DNA of 15,486 nucleotides from Tubiluchus corallicola (lineage: Eukaryota; Animalia; Priapulida): NCBI GenBank assembly GCA_030141605.1, contig JAQGDQ010002084.1, positions 1 to 15,486 on the forward strand, given 5' to 3'. This document shows, one piece after another, positions 9,348 to 15,486 of this stretch. The position numbers and the translations under genes are program-made. Numbering within the stretch: position 1 is the first letter of the stretch; every line of letters begins with the position of its first letter. A model generated the notes under the pieces. It made no database searches, was not told where the DNA came from, and saw nothing but the letters and a program-made list of their open reading frames with translations.

Positions 9348-9430
9348 AATCATAATTAAGTATATAGAAAACTTCTAACCAACTATGAGAAAGCTAATGG
9401 TAAACTGTGCGACTGCGTATAACTTATTAC

Positions 9431-9526
9431 CTGAACCGAATCCTCATCTTTGCCTAAATCTTTGCTCGTAAGAAGAGGTGCTTTCTCATCTATCCACTGA
9501 ATGGCTTCGTCCACATCGGCATAGAA
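9431..9526 (-). CDS. SPTBN5: betaH-spectrin exon D (FYADVDEAIQWIDEKAPLLTSKDLGKDEDSVQ)
   Basis: Acceptor cttcag| and donor |gtaata. 96 nt = 32 codons, phase 0-0. Contained in ORF 9383-9574. Confidence 0.95.
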
Positions 9527-10006
9527 CTGAAGCAGAGAAATTACGATTTGAAATAAATAATAACTAAAATTCAATTTATTTTATTATAAACTTACTGTAA
9601 AAGTCGTTTCTTTTGATTATTTTATCACTTCGTTGTTTGGCGGTATTAAATTTGAAGAACCGTCATTTTTGGTTGCGCGAGACGAATGACGTAATGAGTG
9701 CAGTCACGAGGTCACCAAAGATTGGTAAACAAACATCGGTAACTAAAGATGCTTTCTGTACCTCGTACGTCATTCTCACTAGCGGCAAAGACACAAAACA
9801 TGGCGATGTTTACAGCAATGTACGTGTTCAAAATCCACCAGAAAACGGCAAGTTATTTAATTTATAAGTGTCTTCTGTGTAATTATAAGTATGAATGCTT
9901 TGTGTCATCATAATAATGCATATGTCTATGGGGGTTTATATAGGCTTTCAAAAATAGGAATCTATCCAGAAGGACCATTTGCATCAGTGAATGCCAATAG
10001 ATATTA

Positions 10007-10393
10007 TACAATGTAAATCATCACATTGTACTGACATCACAATGTGTTCACATCACAATGTACTCACATCACAATGTACTGACATCACAATACGCTCACA
10101 TCACAATGTGCTCACATCACAATATACTGACACCACAGTGTACTCACATCACAATGTGTTCCCATCACAATGTACTGACATCAGAACGTGCTCACATCAC
10201 AATGTACTGACATCACAGTGTACTCACATCACAATGTACTCACATCACAATGTACTGACATCACAATACGCTCACATCACAATGTGCTCACATCACAATG
10301 TACTGACACCACAGTGTACTCACATCACAATGTGTTCCCATCACAATGTACTGACATCAGAACGTGCTCACATCACAATGTACTGACATCACA
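10007..10393. repeat. Minisatellite, 16-bp unit (catcacaatgtactga/ctca), about 24 copies, with a 176-bp higher-order duplication
   Basis: Period 16. The variant tcagaacgtg occurs at 10181 and 10357 (offset 176 = 11 units). This explains ORFs 9991-10386 and 10188-10421. Confidence 0.95.
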
Positions 10394-10414
10394 GAGCAAA
10401 ATCACTAGACTTAC

Positions 10415-10615
10415 AGTCTGAGATTCTACAGCATCAAGCAGTCTCCTCTGCCTCTCGTTGGCACAGTCCTTCAAGTTCTGCAAAGCTTCCAGGAGCTGAC
10501 CGAGTCTCGCTTGAACATCCCTGGAAGCAAAGTGATTGGTAGTGATCATCTGCTCGGCCGTGGTTGTGATGCCCTCTATGAGCGGCTCGTGTGAAATAAT
10601 CTCCGCTTCCAGTGC
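10415..10615 (-). CDS. SPTBN5: betaH-spectrin exon C (ALEAEIISHEPLIE...RRLLDAVESQT)
   Basis: Acceptor catttag| and donor |gtaagt. 201 nt = 67 codons, phase 0-0. The supplied ORF 10434-10628 is a different frame of this exon. Confidence 0.95.
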
Positions 10616-10897
10616 CTAAATGAAACAAAAATACGATTACTTATAATTTGCATAAATTAATTTGTAAAAATATAAATGATAATTCAACAACGCGCAGGAG
10701 TTAAACAAGTATGGTTACAAAAAAATTACTGAACAGGTAATAATTTCCACAAGACTGAATCAGTTTTAAATACTGACCCATCGTTCATTTAATTTACAAA
10801 AACAAAGAAAAACACTTTTTTCAAAAATGTCATCACTTTAACATGATTTTACTGACTTACTGTACTTATTACTAAATTCTTCTAACATTTTTCATGA

Positions 10898-11620
<723 letters not shown>

Positions 11621-11669
11621 TGCCACAAAATCAGCATCTCCACTAGAGATCCATGAACAACAACGATAC

Positions 11670-11856
11670 CTGATGTTTCTTCTGAAGGTTGATGACCGCT
11701 GTCAGATTGTTGCCCAGGTCAGTGGACTTTGCTAGGGGAAGCTTCTCGACAATCCACGCCTGCTCCTCCTCCGAGTCTCGGTAGAACTGCTGCAGAAGCA
11801 ACGCATCTTCCAGGTTATCTCTGCGAATCTGAGCCGGCTCCCTCAGCTGCCGGTAC
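11670..11856 (-). CDS. SPTBN5: betaH-spectrin exon B (YRQLREPAQIRRDNLEDALLLQQFYRDSEEEQAWIVEK...LQKKHQ)
   Basis: Acceptor ttctcag| and donor |gtatcg. 187 nt = 1 nt + 62 codons. Classic spectrin helix C/A junction. Not present in the supplied ORF list. Confidence 0.95.
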
Positions 11857-12368
11857 CTGAGAATGCAAAAAAAGGAATTTTTGAACGCTCATTTTGAGCA
11901 TGTTCTAGAAAACCAGAACACCTGTGTGAAATGCTTGGTTACACTGTTCTATGTCTATGTCTAGGTAGAGAGAGCACTGTTATTCAATCTATGTCTATGT
12001 CTGTGATAAGATGTTGCACGCTAGGTAGAGAAAGTACTGTCACTCACTCAGTGTCAATCAAGGATAAAATTATTAATCTTTTTGTGCAAAGCAAAACAAG
12101 AAGAATGGATTGTGCTTTTAAATGAATGAATCAATTTGAACTTAAATTAACTTAACAAATTAGTTAATTAGATTAATTTAACTTGAACTGTAACAATTTA
12201 GGCTAGTAGTAAGTAAAAATGGCTTTTTTGTTTAGGATTTATTAGGTTTGTGTACAAACTTTTCCAAGTTTGTTTGTTTAAAATTACAATAACAAATAAC
12301 AACATGAAAATTACACATGACTGTTCCGTCTTACACAATATTAGAACAATAGTAAACATTTTCCGAAG

Positions 12369-13777
12369 CAGCTATGCCACTAATTTTACCTACAAGCTGC
12401 CATGACAGCTATGGCACTAATTTTACCTACAAGCTGCCTTGACAGCTATGCCACTAATTTTACCTACAAGCTGCCTTGACAGCTATGCCACTAATTTTAC
12501 CTACAAGCTACCTTGACAGCTATGGCACTAATTTTACCTACAAGCTGCCATGACAGCTATGCCACTAATTTTACCTACAAGCTGCCATGACAGCTATGCC
12601 ACTAATTTTACCTACAAGCTGCCTTGACAGCTATGCCACTAATTTTACCTACAAGCTGCCATGACAGCTATGCCACTAATTTTACCTACAAGCTGCCATG
12701 ACAGCTATGGCACTAATTTTACCTACAAGCTGCCTTGACAGCTATGCCACTAATTTTACCTACAAGCTGCCTTGACAGCTATGGCACTAATTTTACCTAC
12801 AAGCTGCCTTGACAGCTATGGCACTAATTTTACCTACAAGCTGCCATGACAGCTATGCCACTAACTTTACCTACAAACTGCCATGACAGCTATGTCACTA
12901 ACTTTATCTACAAGCTGCCATGACAGCTATGCCACTAACTTTACCTACAAGCTGCCATGACAGCTATGCCACTAATTTTACCTACAAGCTGCCATGACAG
13001 CTATGCCACTAACTTTACCTACAAACTGCCATGACAGCTATGCCACTAATTTTACCTACAAGCTGCCTTGACAGCTATGCCACTAACTTTACCTACAAGC
13101 TGCCATGACAGCTATGCCACTAATTTTACCTACAAGCTGCCATGACAGCTATGCCACTAATTTTACCTACAAGCTGTCATGACAGCTATGGCACTAATTT
13201 TACCTACAAGCTGCCTTGACAGCTATGCCACTAATTTTACCTACAAGCTGCCTTGACAGCTATGCCACTAATTTTACCTACAAGCTGCCATGACAGCTAT
13301 GCCACTAATTTTACCTACAAGCTGCCTTGACAGCTATGCCACTAATTTTACCTACAAGCTACCTTGACAGCTATGGCACTAATTTTACCTACAAGCTGCC
13401 ATGACAGCTATGCCACTAATTTTACCTACAAGCTGCCATGACAGCTATGCCACTAATTTTACCTACAAGCTGCCTTGACAGCTATGCCACTAATTTTACC
13501 TACAAGCTGCCATGACAGCTATGCCACTAATTTTACCTACAAGCTGCCTTGACAGCTATGGCACTAATTTTACCTACAAGCTGCCTTGACAGCTATGCCA
13601 CTAATTTTACCTACAAGCTGCCATGACAGCTATGCCACTAATTTTACCTACAAGCTGCCATGACAGCTATGCCACTAATTTTACCTACAAGCTGCCATGA
13701 CAGCTATGCCACTAATTTTACCTACAAGCTGCCATGACAGCTATGCCACTGATTTTACCTGAAAGCTGCTATGACAG
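12369..13777. repeat. Minisatellite, 37-bp unit, about 38 copies
   Basis: Unit cagctatgccactaattttacctacaagctgccatga with a few binary variants (cca/cct, gcc/ggc, aatt/aact). There are no unique spacers. Confidence 0.98.
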
Positions 13778-13804
13778 TGAAGTCATAATCAGCAAATCAC
13801 TCAC

Positions 13805-13935
13805 CGTTCAACAATGTGCGTTGCTTTAAGCTGAATCTCATCGTTCTGAAAATGTGCTGCTGCTTCAAATGCCTTCGCTTGCTGCTCAATCTTTCTGATA
13901 GCCGGTAAGTGATTGGCGATGTCAGTTTCAACTTG
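13805..13935 (-). CDS. SPTBN5: betaH-spectrin exon A (QVETDIANHL...KATHIVE R; phase 0 to 2)
   Basis: Acceptor tttttag| at 13936-13937 and donor |gtgagt at 13803-13804. 131 nt = 43 codons + 2 nt, in frame with exon B. Contains the spectrin B/C-loop HF motif. Confidence 0.9.
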
Positions 13936-13983
13936 CTAAAAACATTGCAAAAGCTCGTAATGTAGCCTCTCTAGTTTACTCAC

Positions 13984-14032
13984 AGAAACTCTCTGCTTAC
14001 GTAACAATGTCATACGTAAGCAGAGAGTTTCT
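13984..14032. repeat. Perfect 20-bp inverted repeat with 9-nt spacer
   Basis: agaaactctctgcttacgta (13984-14003), spacer acaatgtca, then tacgtaagcagagagtttct (14013-14032). Confidence 0.95.
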
Positions 14033-14060
14033 CTAATTCTAAAAATTTTTACAGGATGTT

Positions 14061-14171
14061 CAGGGATGTTACCCAAACTGAAATCGCAAACAGAAACCAA
14101 AACCGATATTTAAGAAACGTATATAGGAAACCGAAATCATTTTTGCAAAACCAACTGATGTCAAAACAGAA
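14061..14171. mobile_element. Possible solo left end of an hAT-like element
   Basis: cagggatg start followed by several aaac(c/t/a)gaaa subterminal-like repeats. No partner TIR or TSD found. Confidence 0.3.
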
Positions 14172-14460
14172 AATTTTTTAGAAATAAAATATTTTGTTTT
14201 TGTTTGTTTGTTTGCTATTATTTGCACTGATACAAGCTTGATGAAGTAGCTAGGTAAAGAATCTTAGGTACCAAAAGGTAAAAAAGCAGCTAGGTACCAA
14301 AAAAGTAGAACATTGTTTACGACTAAAGATCATGATGCTTCAAAAAAATGGATAAATTTTATTTTGTAAATATTTTATTGTCTATATTTCATAAATTATC
14401 AAATATGTTTTAGTTTTATTCAAATTATGCTTTGATATTTTGGTTGATTATGCCTGGAGA

Positions 14461-14579
14461 ACTACGGCCAAATCACGTTGAAAACACCGGTTCTCGTCTG
14501 ATCACGGAAGTTAAGCAACGTAGAGCCTGGTTAGTGCTTGGATGGGTGACCGCCTAAGAAAAGCAGGTGCTGTAGGCTT
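14461..14579 (+). pseudogene. 5S rRNA-derived head of SINE copy 2
   Basis: Near full-length 5S match with canonical-looking box A (agttaagc, 14509-14516) and box C (ttggatgggtgaccgcc, 14538-14554). It runs directly into the SINE body with no terminator. Confidence 0.9.
14509..14554 (+). promoter_or_regulatory. Type 1 RNA polymerase III internal control region (box A / IE / box C) of SINE copy 2
   Basis: Position and sequence correspond to roughly +50 to +95 of 5S rRNA, the TFIIIA-bound region. Activity is not shown. Confidence 0.65.
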
Positions 14580-15157
14580 GCGGGATGCCCACACTGTATC
14601 TCGACACTAGGTGGACGAGCTGCACAAGCAGCCAACGGCCAGAGGGCGGAGGAGGTCAAGTGACCCAACGGCCATGTGTAGAGGAGTAAACCTTCCAAAT
14701 CAGGAGTGGAGCCCCGAAAGCGGACCAGTGCAGCATGCTCACTGACTCCGGCAGCTCCTGCAGCCAACCCGGTGCCAAACGTATCGCTCCGCTTTTCTTT
14801 GGACTACACCAGGGAGGCAGAGAGGGGGTTCCTGTTGTCTGGGCTACTTAGGATCTCCATACACCTTGCCCAGGCGTGCGCCCTGGAGACGTTCAAGGAT
14901 CGGACTCTCTTGGCGCACATTCTTCCGAGACAGAAGGATGCCAACAATGTCTGGAGACCTTGAACTTTCACTTTCGACAACACTGAAGACATGCCGCATT
15001 ACAGTAAAGGCACGCTACAAATGGTACAAAAAGTGAAATAAACAATATCTACACTTTATTTAAACTATTTTTACCAAAATTTTTTCAGTGATTTTCAACA
15101 TCTAGGAGAAAAAATAGGGAAGGTGGATAAATGCTACTAAAACCTTCGAAAAAAATG

Positions 15158-15256
15158 TTACGGAAAGTTTCTGCTATGCAACTTGATAATTTTTGACGAA
15201 AAGGGAACTGAAACAAAAGGGCAGTTATCGACAAAACCCTGAAGGGAATTCTCCAT
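15158..15256 (+). repeat. Interspersed repeat family Y, fragment 2
   Basis: ttacggaaagtttctgctatgcaacttgataatttttgacga...ttatcgacaaa matches 4036-4131. The element probably extends further on both sides. Confidence 0.7.
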
Positions 15257-15486
15257 AGAATTCTATAAATGGAAGGATGTTGCATCCTATCCTCAACGAT
15301 ACGACTTTTCATATAGACGATAGAGAAAGTGCAGGATTACACAACACTTTTGATAAACTGTTCAAAACCAGAAAAACGTTGGCATTAAAAGTTTATCAGA
15401 AATTAAGTTGCGCGTTTTCATTATCACATGTCAGTTATAACCATTTTGCACGCCTGCCACGACAAAAAGTTAGTTATTTTTTATAT

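Larger units (their letters stand above)
14461..14946 (+). mobile_element. 5S rRNA-derived SINE (SINE3) with RTE-like body and tail, copy 2 (486 bp)
   Basis: Colinear with 8820-9347 (13 differences counted over the ~119-nt head), with 36-nt and 7-nt deletions near the 3' end and tail ccaaca. TSD atgcctggaga (14450-14460) / atgtctggaga (14947-14957), 10/11 identical. Confidence 0.9.

Noticed and set aside
9093-9378. ORFs within the SINE bodies (also 14531-14992), including the similar PNVSLRF.LDYTRE peptides
   Set aside because: The similarity only reflects DNA homology between the copies. Starts and stops are not shared, and only the short RTE C-terminal remnant, in another frame, is recognisable.
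9991-10421. SHHNVLTSQCT-repeat ORFs
   Set aside because: These are translations of the 16-bp minisatellite on the strand opposite the gene.
11948-12049. Short diverged duplication (ctaggtagaga at 11961 and 12021); similar taggtaccaaaa repeats at about 14250-14305
   Set aside because: Real but small, decayed local duplications with no further structure.
12369-13777. CRISPR array (37-bp repeat); also considered for 1913-4016 and 6189-6731
   Set aside because: Units are head-to-tail with no unique spacers, there are no cas genes, and the context is a spliceosomal intron.
13936-15486. A further upstream spectrin exon
   Set aside because: No minus-strand segment with spectrin motifs and flanking AG/GT was found. 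The preceding exon must lie beyond the window.

Overview
Eukaryotic (invertebrate metazoan-like, AT-rich) genomic DNA. The window lies inside a large minus-strand gene for a beta-heavy spectrin (karst/sma-1/SPTBN5 type). Nine GT-AG exons (13805-13935, 11670-11856, 10415-10615, 9431-9526, 7752-7886, 5967-6149, 4185-4376, 1671-1826, 564-781) splice into one uninterrupted 1499-nt frame (about 499 aa, about 4.7 spectrin repeats), and the gene runs off both ends. About 40% of the window is intronic tandem arrays, each with its own unit (84, 43/59, 61, about 160, 61, 16, 2 and 37 bp). The introns also hold several non-autonomous DNA transposons: a complete hAT/Charlie-like MITE, a long foldback element, an inverted pair of a ~460-490 bp repeat, and solo termini. 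The most notable object is a SINE present in two copies (8820-9347 and 14461-14946), each with its own 11-bp target-site duplication. It consists of a near full-length 5S rRNA head, a middle body resembling an RTE LINE 5' UTR, and an RTE 3' end that still encodes the fossil ORF C-terminus (RSR[I/M]GLLSHSRCC*), i.e. a candidate 5S-headed bipartite-RTE SINE. There is no CRISPR array and no prokaryotic feature. Supplied ORFs that do not overlap the spectrin exons in frame appear to be incidental.
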